Positions 14,100-26,820 of a stretch of DNA of 64,000 nucleotides are shown here, piece after piece (positions within the stretch are counted from its first letter, which is position 1; every line of letters begins with the position of its first letter). The DNA is from Octopus vulgaris (Eukaryota): assembly GCA_951406725.2 (NCBI GenBank), contig OX597825.1:66650001-66714000 (forward strand), read 5' to 3'. The notes below the pieces were generated by a model, which ran no database searches, was not told the origin of the DNA, and saw nothing but the letters and a program-made list of their open reading frames with translations. The position numbers and the translations under genes were made by a program.

Positions 14100-15505
14100 C
14101 ACGAACCAGACCTATGCAAAGGCGGTAAATTCACCAAGCGTCTTGCCCACCTCTAATCCTCTATAGAACTCCATGGTGGAACTTTCATAGACCGCATTGT
14201 CCGCTTGACTGAGAGCTGTGAGCACATGGAGACACTCTAATTGCCAAGTGCCCTGTTTCAGTCTGCGCTTAATCCAGGACTGTCGCTCAATCAAAGAGTT
14301 GAGCAGCGGGAAAGCGCATCTAACGAATAACGACCACATCTGTTCACCGATAAGGTAGCACTGGAGACTGGGCATCATTAGCTATGGCATCCTCAGACCT
14401 CCACACAGCGGATGCTGAAGCAAATGAGTCGTCTGACAAGTGGAACCTGTCCCCTCCGTAGAAATTGGAAGAGCAAACTCTCCAGCTTAATCAACCACGG
14501 AGCAGGGTAAAGAACAATCGGTAATAGATAACGGATAAGGCGGCGAGCTGGCAGAAACGTTAGCACGCCGGGCGAAATGCTTAGCGGTATTTCGTCTGCC
14601 GTTACGTTGTGAGTTCAAATTCCGCCGAGGTCGACTTTACCTTTCATCCTTTCGGGGTCGATAAATTAAGTACCAGTTACGCACTGGGGTCGATGTAATC
14701 GACTTAATACCTATGTCTGTCCTTGTTTGTCCCCTCTATGTTTAGCCTCTTGTGGGTAGTAAAGAAATAGGTAATAGATAACGGATGCGATGTACGCATT
14801 TGCCACTTCTGCCTGGCCTTTCAAGGACAGTTTTCTCTCGCCTCATTACTGAGTGAGGTTGGCCATACTGCTTGTCACCTCTTGCAGTTCTTGTTCACCT
14901 GGAGATCCGGACCAAACCAAACCCCAAGCAGTTTGGTTAATCTTTGCTCCTGTCACTGCTTCGTATTCCTTTAGTATAGCGTCAATCGCCACAATTTCTG
15001 AGACGTTCGACACTGTTATGGTGATGTCACCCTCATATGCTGACACGAAACTTCCGCATCCTAGTTACGCGACATGCCTTTCGAAACATCCAGCTTCCGC
15101 AGTAATAGTTCGAGAGCCAGCATTTACGTAAAAGGTTAGATTGGGCATCCTTGACGAAACAAACGCACGATGCTGAACGATTCCGAAAGGTGGCCATTAA
15201 CTTTGACCACCGAGTGAATGTCGCTATACATTGCAGCAATCTAACCTCTGAAAATAGGACCGGAACCAGCAGCCTTCAGGACAGTCACCAAGTATTGATG
15301 GTCGACCCTATCAAAAGCTTTCGATTGAACCAAATTGATCAGGGCCCTACCCATGCCAGGTTCTTTACTTACCCTCTCCATGATGTATCGCATGAGGTGG
15401 AGGTTGTCGTGGATAGATATGTTTGTGATAGCGCATGTTTGCGCATAACCGATCAGTCTAGCAGCAACAAACGCTAACCCCTTTGCTAATACCTTGGCCA
15501 AAATT
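14100..15505 (-). mobile_element. Decayed L1/Tx1-clade reverse transcriptase fragment
   Basis: ALINLVQSKAFDRVDHQYL, SAYEGDITI (variant of YADD), YEAVTGAKIN; multiple frameshifts. Confidence 0.85.
14537..14769 (+). mobile_element. SINE family A monomer inserted in the LINE
   Basis: 17-bp TSD ggtaatagataacggat at 14520-14536 and 14770-14786. Confidence 0.9.
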
Positions 15506-15689
15506 TTGTAATGTGTTTAGCAATATCATGTATTCATTAAAAACAGGTACCAGGATCTGTAAAATGGTGGGCAAAAATTCACATAATGTAATTCAGTAAT
15601 ATTTCTTTAACTTGTGAATTGAAACCACGCGAGGTCCACATTACATTTTATGTTTCCGGGGTCGGCAAAATAAATACAAGTCACTACAT

Positions 15690-15936
15690 CTATGTGCTGC
15701 TGTGTGGGGACTCGACATTTCCTCTGCGTGTCCTAAAAGACGACTAAAAGAGGATTTCAACCCCGACATCGTAAAAACTCTCACCAGCAACCAGCAACGA
15801 CTTCCCAAACAGAATCCATGGGTTGGAGGGTTGTTGCCTGAGTGGCTCAAAGGTGTCAGCTGCCAGCCGCCAGGATTAAGGGAATCGCCAACAAATGGTG
15901 GATACAGCTTTGCGCTGTTACAACGCATGCCTCCCA

Positions 15937-16004
<68 letters not shown>
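15690..16004 (+). mobile_element. Retroelement 3' end with (CTA)n tail; related copy at about 55130-55368
   Basis: Shared ...ttggagggttgttgc.tgag.gg..caaaggtgtca...ccgccaggatta.gg...caaatggtgg followed by (CTA)n. Confidence 0.55.
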
Positions 16005-16005
<1 letters not shown>

Positions 16006-16563
16006 GTTTATAATGGAGATTTGTTTAACAAAACAAGAAAGGTGATAAATGAATCAGTGATAAGTGAATCATCACGCCGTTTTGTGGATGGAACAGATGG
16101 TATACTCATTCACCCCAAACTCGTAAGCCGTAGCAGCGATGCTTCCATCGCTGCACAATTTCTTAAGGGTCTCTACTTTTTTCTGTTAAGAGTAAATTCG
16201 TGTGTGTCGTTTGTTAGGATTAACCTCCTTCGTATTTTTTCTTGGTCCCACCTTCATGGGACCAGGAATATATAAATGCGAATGAAGCATACGCAACCCC
16301 GCAAAACGGTCATGTGAACACAAGCGATACTCAGTGCATGCTGGGTAGATGAGAGCATTGTGGGTGGTGCCCGGGGAGCGATTTTGCGTTATAAACAGAA
16401 TCTTCCGACTGATCGTTAACACGTGTTATAGATCAATCAGCGATAACTTAATCCCGGGTAGTGATTAATGAATTAACGATTATCTAGGTTACATTGAGTT
16501 CGTTTGAAATTTTGATCCAGTGAGTTCACTTCAATAACTTAGAATTTAAAGAGGGTGAGTGAA

Positions 16564-16601
<38 letters not shown>

Positions 16602-16995
16602 GCAAAGAGAGAATGAATGAGAGAGAGAGAGAGAGTCGAGCTATATAGTTATTAACAAACAATATCACAGGTAAACAAAGGATGCGGACCGGTAGAATAG
16701 TTAGCACGCCGGGCAACAGGTTTAGCAGCATTTCGTCCGTCTGTATGTTCTGAGTTCAAATCGCATCGAGGTCGACTTTACCATTCTTCCTTTTGAAGTT
16801 GATAAAATAAGTATCAGTTGAGTATTTATTAATTCACTGAAACTTGTAAAGAAAAGTGTGATTGTAAAGCCACCATGGAAAGGTTATCAGCGAAGGTGAC
16901 GTTTAGCAACTCGTACTAGTTTTGCTATTTCTTTAAGGACAATGAATGACTTTGAATGAAGAAACATATCTCACCGAACAAGATTGTGAATGACA

Positions 16996-17590
16996 AGGCG
17001 AGCTGGCAAAAACCTTAGCACGCCAGGCGAAATGCTTAGCAGTATTTCGTCTGCCGTTACGTTCTGAGTTCAAATTCCGCCGAGGTCGACTTTGCCTTTC
17101 ATCCTTTCGGGGTCGATTAAATAAGTACTAGTTACGCACTGGGGTCGATATAATCGACTTAATCCGTTTGTCTGTCCGTGTTTGTCCCCTCTCTGTTTAG
17201 CCCCTTGTGGGTAATAAAGAAATAGGTATTTCGTCTGCCGTTACGTTGTGAGTTCAAATTCCGCCGAGGTCGACTTTGCTTTTCATCCTTTCGGGGTCGA
17301 TAAATAAGTACTAGTTATGCACTGGGGTCGATATAATCGACTGAATCCGTTTGTCTGTCCTTGTTTGTCCTCTCTGTGTTTAGGCCCTTGTGGGTAGTAA
17401 AGAAATAGGTATTTCGTCTGCCGTTACATTCTGAGTTCAAATTCCGCCGAGGTCGACTTTGCCTTTCATTCTTTCGGGGTCGATTAAATAAGTACTAGTT
17501 ATGCACTGGGGTCGATATAATCGACTTAATCCGTTTGTCTGTCCTTGTTTGTTCCCTTTGTGTGTAGCCCCTTGTGGGCAATAAAGAAAT
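16996..17590 (+). mobile_element. SINE family A tandem trimer
   Basis: One head plus three ~183-bp bodies (starting 17042, 17226, 17409) inside a single 16-bp TSD aagattgtgaatgaca (16980-16995 / 17591-17606). Confidence 0.9.
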
Positions 17591-17651
17591 AAGATTGTGA
17601 ATGACACAAGTCATCTCACTCATCTGTTATTTTTCTTCCAAAATATTTCAG

Positions 17652-17772
17652 ATAAAGATTCAAAGTACGTTTCTCTGGAAATAGTGGCTTCTACCCTAGG
17701 AATGTTTGGTGTTTCAGGTGCTTTTTCAGCTATTTGGGGTTACCTACCCGAACTTATTCCAACGAATTACCG
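17652..17772 (+). CDS. SLC22: SLC22-like exon (TM10, ELxPT motif)
   Basis: tttcag| ... CG|gtaagt. Translates (D)KDSKYVSLEIVASTLGMFGVSGAFSAIWGYLPELIPTNY(R). 121 nt. Confidence 0.92.
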
Positions 17773-18951
17773 GTAAGTTACTTATGATCATATCACTTGT
17801 TTCTATCTTATGAAAATATCCCTTCTCTAGTTAAACAAGACTTTAAGAACTAACCTTAGCTCACATCTTTTATTCGATATAACGATATTCTATATCCTTG
17901 TTGATCTGTATTGCACAGTACACTTCATAGTTGTATATTAATCGTTGTTGCTCATGGTCTTTGAAGGTAAAGTAGTTTCTCGTGTATCCCAGTACACGGT
18001 GATATATACACTACTACGTCAATGAACGACTGCTGGGGACTTCATCGATAGCAGTGTGGGATTCACATGGAATTTTCCTCCTAAAATACAAAAGTGATTT
18101 CGCGCTGCCTTCCTTCGATATTTTCTTTACAAATACCACCATTTTGCCAGCGATATCCAGACGAGTTTGCTAAACGTACTTGAGCACTCAGAACGTAATG
18201 AGCTGGTACAAATATCATAAAATATTTCGTGCAACTTTCTTATAATTCTGCCAACTAGCTTCCTTAAACTGCTGCTTTAATTTGCCAACCCTGCATAGAT
18301 AAAATACAACGTTTTCTTCTGTGGTACTTGAAGTTCATAACGTAACAGTTCGGACCAAAAATGTAGCAAGAATTTTTGTGCGACTCACTAATGATTCTGT
18401 CAATTCGCCACATTGTGATCCATAACCATATAACGTGAAACATTATACTTTTCAAGATTTACATAACATTGCTCATTAAACATCTCAAGACATTTACACA
18501 TTCACAGAGATTCAGAATTATTCGCAAATTTATCCATAAGGTCTACCTTATGAAAAAAACTTCTAATCACGCACTATTGTTTCTATTTACATAATTAAAA
18601 AATATAATATGCTTGTCTTGTGCGAAGACAGGTATATTATATGCCTAAAAGCAAGGCATTGAATCGGAGACTTCACTCTGTAAGCGTTGGGGGTAATACT
18701 AATTAGTGTTTGCCATGGATGCTTGGGTAGTGACTTCAGTACAATGCTTTGATTCGGGGCCAATAAAGACGTTAAGACAATTCTGCTCCTGTAAAATTCC
18801 GAAAAATATTTGACACATTATAATTGCTATTTATTGGTTTAATGTTAATAAATCTTTGTTTTCGTTCTTGTAAAATATGGGCGCTAATGAAATATGGGCG
18901 CTAATTGAAAATTGTAAACCAAGTAGAGCATTTCATTATTTTATTTATGTA

Positions 18952-19517
18952 TTGGGTTGTCTGGAAAGTTCGTGCCGATTTTTAAAGGAAAGAAAAAGGT
19001 CAATAAATACTTGCCATTACATTTTTTATCAACCAAATATGAACCATTTTGTTGCACAATGCGTCTCCATTTTTCTTTTAACTTGAAAATACCCTCTTCC
19101 TAGAATTGAAGTGGTTTCATGGCAAAGAATTCATCAAAGTATCTTTTTACGTCATCCAAGGAATTGAAATTTTTACCATTAAGACTATTCTGCAGAGACC
19201 TGAATAAGTGGAAATCTGAAGGAGCAATATCTGGTGAATATGAAGGGTGGGGTAACTCATCCTAGCCGAGCTGCAGCAATTTTTGTTTGGTTCCCAAAGC
19301 ATCAAGTGCCAAAAAGGAACTTTCTTATCTTCCATTTTAAAGGGTTACATAATTAACACAGGTTATAGGAACATAAACCTTCTTCCACGTAAAGATGACT
19401 TAAACTGTGCTCTAAACGGAGGTGTAGTCAAATCCTATTTTATGGACTCAACCATGTTCTAAAATAAGTCGAAATCTAAGCCACTATAAATCGGCACGAA
19501 CTTTCCGGACAACCCGA
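18952..19517 (-). mobile_element. Internally deleted mariner (MITE-like)
   Basis: About 30-bp TIRs ttgggttgtctggaaagttcgtgccgattt / aaatcggcacgaactttccggacaacccga with TA TSD; residual transposase sequence. Confidence 0.88.
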
Positions 19518-19963
19518 TACTTTACCTTAGCTATAAAAAGTATCAAACTAGCCTTCTCATAACGCATGTTTGCTGGCGGAAACTCATATCCTCCTGAACC
19601 CGTTCTCTCTCTTCGAACACATACAAATGCATTACTTAACTCTGAATCCCCGAATCCCCTCCATTGAGACCCTGAGGAATGCGAGGTTTCAGGTTCAGGT
19701 TCCACTCACAGTATTGTCTAAACGAATGGGGATCACTGAGTTATTAAGTTCAGTATTTTATTTATATTTCTTTTGTTCGGCTACCTTCCCTAGCCACTTT
19801 TATGCAACCACCGCAAAAAACCATCGAGTATTTACCATATCAACCATTCACACACTTGAAACTGTGAACTTCTAGTTGTTATTTACTTAGATTTCTAAAC
19901 CATTCCGCTCTTTGACTTCAACATTTTATACTAATTATAAACCCATTATTAATTATTTTCCAG

Positions 19964-20036
19964 GAACAGTGCCGTTGGTTTTTCCTCGTGTGCCGCACGT
20001 GTTGGAAGTGCAGTTTCTCCATTTACGCTGCTTGTG
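19964..20036 (+). CDS. SLC22: SLC22-like exon (TM11)
   Basis: ttccag| ... GTG|gtacgg. Translates (R)NSAVGFSSCAARVGSAVSPFTLLV, matching the conserved R..G....ARxG....P pattern. 73 nt. Confidence 0.92.
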
Positions 20037-20263
20037 GTACGGATTTACAAAATATACCGCAATTATATTTTGTATATAATATAATTATATTATATTATAT
20101 ACAAATATAATATAATTTGTATATATTCTCTCTTTCTCACTCTCTCTCCCCTCACCACACCTCTCTCCTTCCTCATACTCTGTCTCCACATTACGACCAC
20201 TCTTTCCTCCCCTCTCTCTTTATTCTCTTTCCCCCTATAATCCACCCTTCACCTAATATATAA

Positions 20264-20465
20264 AATTATAATAAAGGGTATCTAAGAGATACCACCACGC
20301 TAGAAATAGCAGGCAAAGCTTGACTCTGAAACCACATTAAATGTTCATACAGCTGTATGAACATTTAATGTGGTTTCAGAGTCAAGTTTTCTTAATGTGG
20401 TTTCAGGGTCAAGTTTTCAGCTATTTCTATCGTGGTAGTACCTCTTAGATACCCTTAATTATAGT
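20264..20465. repeat. Fold-back inverted repeat
   Basis: Perfect core palindrome centred on cagctg (20350-20355), with outer arms aagggtatctaagag / ctcttagataccctt. Confidence 0.8.
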
Positions 20466-20585
20466 TTTAATAATTAATCATCATCTTTAAGGGTTTTATT
20501 CCCATGCTAGCCATCTGATAAGATCGGTATTTTAAATAACAATCTTATCCTTATTTATATAAATATACATATATATAGTTTATAG

Positions 20586-20642
<57 letters not shown>

Positions 20643-20657
20643 ATCTCACTCTCTGTA

Positions 20658-20688
<31 letters not shown>

Positions 20689-20927
20689 AAGGTGAGAGCC
20701 AAGGATCAAGATATAGGAAGTCAGTAACCTTCGAGCAGTCCGTAGACGGCATAGGAAACTACTTTCAGGAACAGTAGTGGTTCCGCTCCTTCCCAAACAC
20801 CATCAAAAGTTCTTGTTCTTTTCTTTCACAGTCTCACAATTTCAGAAGTTTGAAACATGTAGATCCATTTGAAAGTGCAGTTTCTGGTGCATGTGATCAT
20901 TTCAGTCCCTCCTCTTGGGATACGTAA

Positions 20928-20975
<48 letters not shown>

Positions 20976-21369
20976 ATTACTCAGGGTAGGCAGCTGATGA
21001 CGTTTATGTAGTAAATAAATAAATAAATAAATAAATAAGCGAAACACAGACGCGCGACTGAGTTGAAGGCAAATTTACTTCTGCCTTAATAGCACGTAAA
21101 GAAAACAGTGTTGGAGGAGTGTACGCAGTACGTGTACTACAACATTATTATGCGTAACTTAAATGCTAAGACTGAAAAGGAGGGAACGAATTATGCCGGT
21201 TTAGTTTGCAAAACAATAAAATATTTTGCATTTTATGCGTAGTAATCAGAGTAACCTTCATAATGTTATTGAATTAGGTACATATTTTGCCATGAAAGGA
21301 AAATGTTGCTATCGATTTATTTTATTCAAGGTAGGCACTGCCTACCTTTCCCACCTGGGTGGCACGTCC

Positions 21370-21413
<44 letters not shown>

Positions 21414-21440
21414 AAAAAAGCAACAAGAATGGATTAAAAT

Positions 21441-21525
21441 CTCGGTACGATCGTTTCGTACGAGGACATCTTTAATAAGCTACAAAAATGCAGTGAATAC
21501 AGATGGCTCGTACTCGTCAGCCGAA
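21441..21525 (-). ncRNA. Type I hammerhead ribozyme (antisense copy of 21991-22076)
   Basis: Reverse complement of the motif above, with a 1-nt indel in loop 2. Confidence 0.82.
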
Positions 21526-21990
21526 AAAACATCAGAGAATTCCCAAACATCAAAAGGGGTAGATACAAAAGAGGTTGTAAGATTAACTGCATTGAAGAAA
21601 GGACATGCACATATTCTGTAAGTGAAAGACTTTTCATCGGATCTCCAAGAATCGAACTAATCTGCGATTCTTGTAAATTTCAATAACAATCTGTTCCTCT
21701 ACACGATATAACAGTCACTTTGCTTTTAATCAGACTTTCCTCTACATGATATGGCAGTCACTTTGCCTCTTACTCGGATTTTCAGAAATTTTGCATGACT
21801 GTATCCGAAAATTTCTTCACACAACTTGATTAAAAATTCAATATGAGCTATATGTAGACATGCATAAATTCTATAGGTTTAAAACCTTTCATCGGATCTC
21901 CATGAATCGAACTTTCTTCAATGCAGTTAATCTTACAACCTTTTTTTTTATATCTACCCCTTTTGATGTTTGGGAATTCTCTGATGTTTT

Positions 21991-22076
21991 TTCGGCTGAC
22001 GAGTACGAGCCATCTGTATTCACTGCATTTTTTGTAGCTTATTAAAGATGTCCTCGTACGAAACGATCGTACCGAG
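21991..22076 (+). ncRNA. Type I hammerhead ribozyme
   Basis: UUCGG-CUGACGA-GUACGAG...(long hairpin)...CUCGUAC-GAAA-C GAUC G-UA|-CCGAG: intact core, 7-bp proximal stem II, palindromic loop 3, predicted cleavage after 22071. Confidence 0.85.
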
Positions 22077-22224
22077 ATTTTAATCCATTCTTGTTGCTTT
22101 TTTCCTATTTGTAATCACCCCACTTGTCGTATGGTTAACACCATATAGATTTCCGGTGCATCCTAGTTAAGGACCATATTCATGTGAATTCTTTAGAATT
22201 CACTAGAATCTCAATTACTTAACC

Positions 22225-22261
<37 letters not shown>

Positions 22262-22303
22262 CGTACGTACGTACATACATACATACATACATACATACAT
22301 ACA

Positions 22304-22335
<32 letters not shown>

Positions 22336-22633
22336 CACGCACAGGGGAGCATATAAGTGCAAAATAAGGTGGAAAAAGTAGTACACGAATACCAGAGGTA
22401 GAGTAATATACTTTTTTTTATGAAAGCTGCAGAATTATCACAGGATTGTTATTCAGAATATTTATCAGAACTGCCCGACGAACGGGAACGTAGAATTCTG
22501 AATAACAGTCCTATGATATTTTTGCAGTGTTAATAAAAGGTATATATATATATATATATATTGTTAAATTTCGGAATGGTCATATTGCCAGTTTAGCCAA
22601 TAAAAACACACGCACTATATATTTGAAAACAAA

Positions 22634-22678
22634 GGACCACTGATGCGGTCACAGGAGTGTGACGAAAGAACTCTGGCC
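22634..22678 (+). ncRNA. Hammerhead-like motif with a variant core, in the spacer of an inverted repeat (arms 22561-22625 / 22733-22797)
   Basis: GGACCA-CUGAUGC-G-GUCAC AGGAGU GUGAC-GAAA-G AA C-UC|-UGGCC; C replaces the conserved A9. Confidence 0.55.
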
Positions 22679-22855
22679 GAAATAAGATTAAGATTAATGT
22701 AAAAAATAAATAACACTGAAGCAAAATAACACCAAATATATAGTGCGTGTGTTTTTATTGGCTAAACTGGCAATATGACCATTCCGAAATATAACAATAT
22801 CTGTTTCAACACACGACTTCACATAAAAAAAATCTTGCACAACAAATATTTAAAC

Positions 22856-22934
<79 letters not shown>

Positions 22935-23293
22935 GATAGTTAGATAGAAAGATAGATATAAATAGATAGATAGATAGATTGATAGATAGATGCATACATA
23001 TAGGTATAGAGATAGATAGATTGATAAATATAAATGAAGATCAATAGAGATTTTAAGGTTCAATTCATGCTACAAATGTTTTAATGGCATAGTTATTTAT
23101 TTGCATGCAACCTATTACGACATCATTATTTCATATGCTAGATTAATGCTATTTCATCAAACATATGCGAACTATCGTGTAACAAAAACCAATCAATATT
23201 TATACATATATGTGTGCATGTGTATTTGTGTGTATGTGTCTTATATATTCTCTGTATATTATATATTCTAACGAGCTGCTACTTTTTAAACAG

Positions 23294-23455
23294 GTGTCAA
23301 TCATCCCCTGGGTTCCGCCGGCAATATTCTCGGGTGGACTCTTCCTCGCATGTGTATTGGTGTTACTTCTACCAGAGACACGCGGTAGACAGATGCCTCA
23401 ATGCATTGACGATGTGCGAGCATGGTCTCGTGAAAAGAAATCTCAAGATGAATGA
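23294..23455 (+). CDS. SLC22: SLC22-like terminal coding exon (TM12, LPET motif, stop)
   Basis: aaacag| acceptor. Translates VSIIPWVPPAIFSGGLFLACVLVLLLPETRGRQMPQCIDDVRAWSREKKSQDE then TGA. Confidence 0.93.
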   Translation: MSIIPWVPPAIFSGGLFLACVLVLLLPETRGRQMPQCIDDVRAWSREKKSQDE

Positions 23456-23611
23456 AGTTCCTTCTGTCTCAGTCCAACCTACCTTGTTGTTTTCTTGTTA
23501 TCGTTATTTTTATTGCTGTTAAGATTGTTGTTATTGTTGTTGTTGTTGATGTTATTGTTGATGCTGTTGTTGTACTGCTGTTGCTACGAGGTTGAGACCT
23601 AATCGAACAGT

Positions 23612-23686
23612 AATAAAAATCAGCAGTACACATAATCTGTAATCTGCTGCAAAGAAAATATTGTATTTCCTACTTGCTGTAATAAA
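23612..23686 (+). terminator. Candidate polyadenylation signals of the SLC22-like gene
   Basis: AATAAA at 23612-23617 and 23681-23686, 150-230 nt after the stop codon; usage unverified. Confidence 0.35.
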
Positions 23687-23765
23687 ATTAATATTTGATA
23701 GAAAATATATATCTGTTCATTTAATTCATTATTTATTTCGACATATATGTCGGTTTTTCAATCAG

Positions 23766-23852
<87 letters not shown>

Positions 23853-23865
23853 GTCTATCTGCCTG

Positions 23866-23958
<93 letters not shown>

Positions 23959-24096
23959 GTCTGTCTGCCTATTCACAACTGTCTCTCAATATATTTACCT
24001 ACTTGGGTTTATTTACCTGCAATATATTTAACGTACTAAGCAACTGTGCGCATCTGTACATACATGTAAGTACAAACGCGCATTCACACGCACACA

Positions 24097-24168
<72 letters not shown>

Positions 24169-24959
24169 ACCCCCCAACACATACGCACACACACACATAC
24201 GCGTGCACACACATACACACACAAACACACACGTCATTACACGCTAATTGAGTCGCAAATGTATTCCGTTACTTACAAAAGTTTCAATTTCATGTATTCC
24301 ATGCGCTGAACTACCAACGCACTGAATTCTTGCATAAGTGTCTCACTATTCCACAGCCACGTCTACAATTTCTTCAATGTTCAGTTCCCTATGTACGTTT
24401 CACCGTTGTGACTATTTTCGACATTGGATGTTCCACGTGTAGTTAGATGCTTAACTATAACGGATGATCATAGGAGCTAGTCTCTTCAAATATAGCCACG
24501 GGCTTGTGAGTGGATATCGTAAGCAGAAACTGAAAGAAACCCGTCGTGTATATATGAGTAGGTCTTTGTTTCTGTGTTTGTCTCCTCCACTGCTTGACAA
24601 ACGGTGTTAGTGTGTTTACATCCCCGTAAGACAGTGGTTCGGCAAAAGAGATCAATAGATTAAGAACCAGGTTTTTTAAAAGTAAGCACTGGGGTCGATT
24701 CAAATTAAAGAACCCCGGAACTAATATTTGCTTCGGCCTTTCTTTGATTGCTCAGTGTTTTTCTTTGGCTCTGCTGCCCCACATACATAAAATGCATGGA
24801 TATTATGTGTATCCACTTTGTTGCCCCAGGAGAAAACTGACCATCTTAAAATCAGCAAATATCATCTGCTGACCGTTGGTTGAGGCGTATTTTGTAATCT
24901 TAAGGTGATGATAAAAAATGCAATTTTTGAGTATAGGAAGATTCACCCAAATGACAGAT

Positions 24960-25086
24960 AAAGTGAAAGTATCTGTTGGGCAGATATCTGTTGGGTTGTT
25001 GTCCGTTGGGTAGTTGTCTGTTGGGCAGTTGTCCATCGGGCAATTGTCCGTTGGGCAATGGCTTGTCGGGCAGATGACCTAGAACC
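24960..25086. mobile_element. DNA-transposon terminus with ~15-bp subterminal tandem repeats
   Basis: About 7 copies of (t)gtc(c/t)gttgggcagtt ending at acctagaacc; superfamily not determined. Confidence 0.5.
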
Positions 25087-25182
25087 GTTTTCTATACTAA
25101 CCAAGGACTACTCGAAGCGTACTAACTTCCTACACCTACATCATTGGATCTTACAATTACATATCAATATATGTAGATACTA

Positions 25183-25229
<47 letters not shown>

Positions 25230-25479
25230 GTGTATGTATGTGTGTGTGTGCATGCATGTGTGTGGAGTGTGTGATGCTGGCAATCTTTTTCAGCTTAGTA
25301 GATGCAAGCAATGGGAAATTAAGCCCTTTGATCCAGGACACGGTGCACAATCCAATCGTGGTATTGAAACCACGATCCTACAATCTTCGTTAACACACCC
25401 TAATCATTATGTCATGTGCCTTAATTTCTCTAGCATAAATTGCCAAACAAATGGTAAAATAAAAAAAATATGGTAATTA

Positions 25480-26724
25480 ATAACATCAACAAAGATAGCA
25501 AATACCATACTGCAACCATTCCGCAACTCTATTCTACCTTCCAGTACGATGTTGTTGGACATTTTTTCTTGAAAATTATTCAAGGAAGATGAGAAAATAT
25601 ATGGACCTTTCCCTTAAACCATAATATTTACCCCTTATTTTCTAGATTTACAAAATAACAGGTTCCAAGTAGCACCTGACAAATAACATGTTTCCATTCT
25701 TATCAACAAAAACGGTGTAGATCGGCTACAGCCTACCATCACTCTTACTTGAATATACGGCACAATAAGCTGGAGAATAGAAAATATGACGGATTACATA
25801 CAACAGCTCTACACCATTCGCAGGGCTTATAAAGGGAATTTAAGAAAGCAAAACATCAGAGTAATATGCAAATCTATATGCTGAAAATCTTTGACGGCGG
25901 AACCCAAAAGCAACATGAACAAACAAAAGTGAAAGATTATATATAAGATATATTACCAGGTAAGGTTTTATACTATATTTATTGAAGAAAAACGATCAAA
26001 AAGGTGTAATTTGCCTTAGTTTTCGAACATTTTGGCCGCTATAAATTTTCCTTCTAAAATATATAACGATTTTTATACGGGCATAGGTCCACATATTTTG
26101 ATGAGCTGGTTATCTTATACTCATTTAAATTGATCTTGGTCATTACCTAGGACTTATTTTATTGGCTACCAAAGAATAAACGACGAAATTCAACTCCAAC
26201 ATAATTTGAAATGGAAATGTAAAAACCCGCAACGAAATTCTGCAAACAAGCGTCCTCCATCTAAGGCAATCCTTATATCCAACTTAACGTGGCTGCTTTG
26301 TTAGAACCTCGTATAGATGAATGATCATTAATTTGGACATAAAGATTGCATTTTTGTATTAATACTTCTGTTGCTAATAATTTTCTTTTTCCTTTGTAAG
26401 CCCGATGGCTAATTGCAACATCAGTACAAGCAAAGTTAGAGTAATTCCATTTATCATTAGCAGCCTGAAAAGTCGCTGTAATTCTATATATCGTTGGCAA
26501 TAACATTTGGTAGGTATGTGACAAAGTACATTGAAATCACGGGCTCTGGCAGTTCCGGCACCTCAACTGACGATTTTCGTTTACTAAACATATATGTATG
26601 CGTGCGTGCATACATATGAGAGGACCTCTCAAGCGAATACGGCAGTACTCGGTGTTTGAACATAACATCACCGGTAAGTTTGATATAGAAATTACCTTTT
26701 GGTATTAACACTGATTTCTGCCGG

Positions 26725-26730
<6 letters not shown>
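25480..26730. mobile_element. Heavily decayed Penelope-like element with an inverted segment
   Basis: + strand VGHFFLKII...FPLNHNIYPLFSRFT resembles the PLE linker VG..FL.LID.HFP..H.L..IFNRNT; then ISWRI and RAYKG..ICKSIC. An inverted RAYKG...KCNL copy lies on - at about 26330-26420. Ends at (TA)n. Confidence 0.5.

Positions 26731-26820
<90 letters not shown>

Larger units (their letters stand above)
21409..22225. mobile_element. PLE-type inverted-repeat element between (TA)n tracts
   Basis: Arms 21409-21601 and 21912-22108 are near-identical reverse complements; each carries an HHR. Confidence 0.8.

Noticed and set aside
24960-25086. Regular short repeats resembling a CRISPR array
   Set aside because: No unique spacers and eukaryotic context; fits transposon subterminal repeats.
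26560-26655. CTGACGA followed by a long hairpin and AGTACTC
   Set aside because: GAAA is absent and stem I is out of register; possibly a very decayed HHR but not supportable.
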